DNA of 40,246 nucleotides, from sequence record SRR31156797_8480; one strand, written 5' to 3'. The notes beneath the pieces are model-generated. The model was given only the letters and a program-made list of their open reading frames with translations, searched no databases and was not told the origin of the DNA. Below are positions 40,190 to 40,246 of this stretch, one piece after another; the first letter of the stretch is position 1, and each line of letters opens with the position of its first letter. Both the position numbers and the translations under genes were made by a program.

Positions 40190-40246
40190 TATACTCAAGT
40201 GACATCAAGATGCAGTATTCAGAGCTGCATCAACGAGTTCAGAGCA
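40190..40246. repeat. Left end of an ERIC-like/MITE intergenic repeat, truncated by the window edge
   Basis: TATAC-N10-TCAAG-N-TGCAG matches the recalled ERIC terminus architecture; begins in a TA run. Confidence 0.5.

Overview
Vibrio-type chromosomal window (inferred from gene content and order), mostly housekeeping genes: ppaC, a DUF2750 gene, the sapABCDF peptide ABC transporter followed by a DUF2927 gene, pspF/pspABC-tag, metC, cls, an NSS-family Na+ symporter with a perfect TyrR box, an RluA-type pseudouridine synthase, an RlmI-like methyltransferase, hslJ, the rbsDACBKR ribose operon with its RbsR operator, small hypothetical genes, an ABC-2/HlyD exporter and a PL8 glycosaminoglycan-lyase lipoprotein. 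The main accessory element is an auxiliary type VI secretion cluster (about 17.4-25.4 kb): vgrG, DUF4123 adaptor, a 1155-aa MIX/VasX-like membrane-active effector and a membrane immunity gene. Upstream of it lie an unannotated eroded hcp remnant and a sigma54/IHF/triple-repeat enhancer promoter. Other features missing from the ORF track are a 194-bp MITE-like element with perfect 17-bp terminal inverted repeats just upstream of cls, an ERIC-like element end at the right edge, and a 56-aa four-cysteine small ORF after the lyase. I saw no tRNA, rRNA, CRISPR array or transposase. Family assignments come from motif recognition and recall, not database searches.
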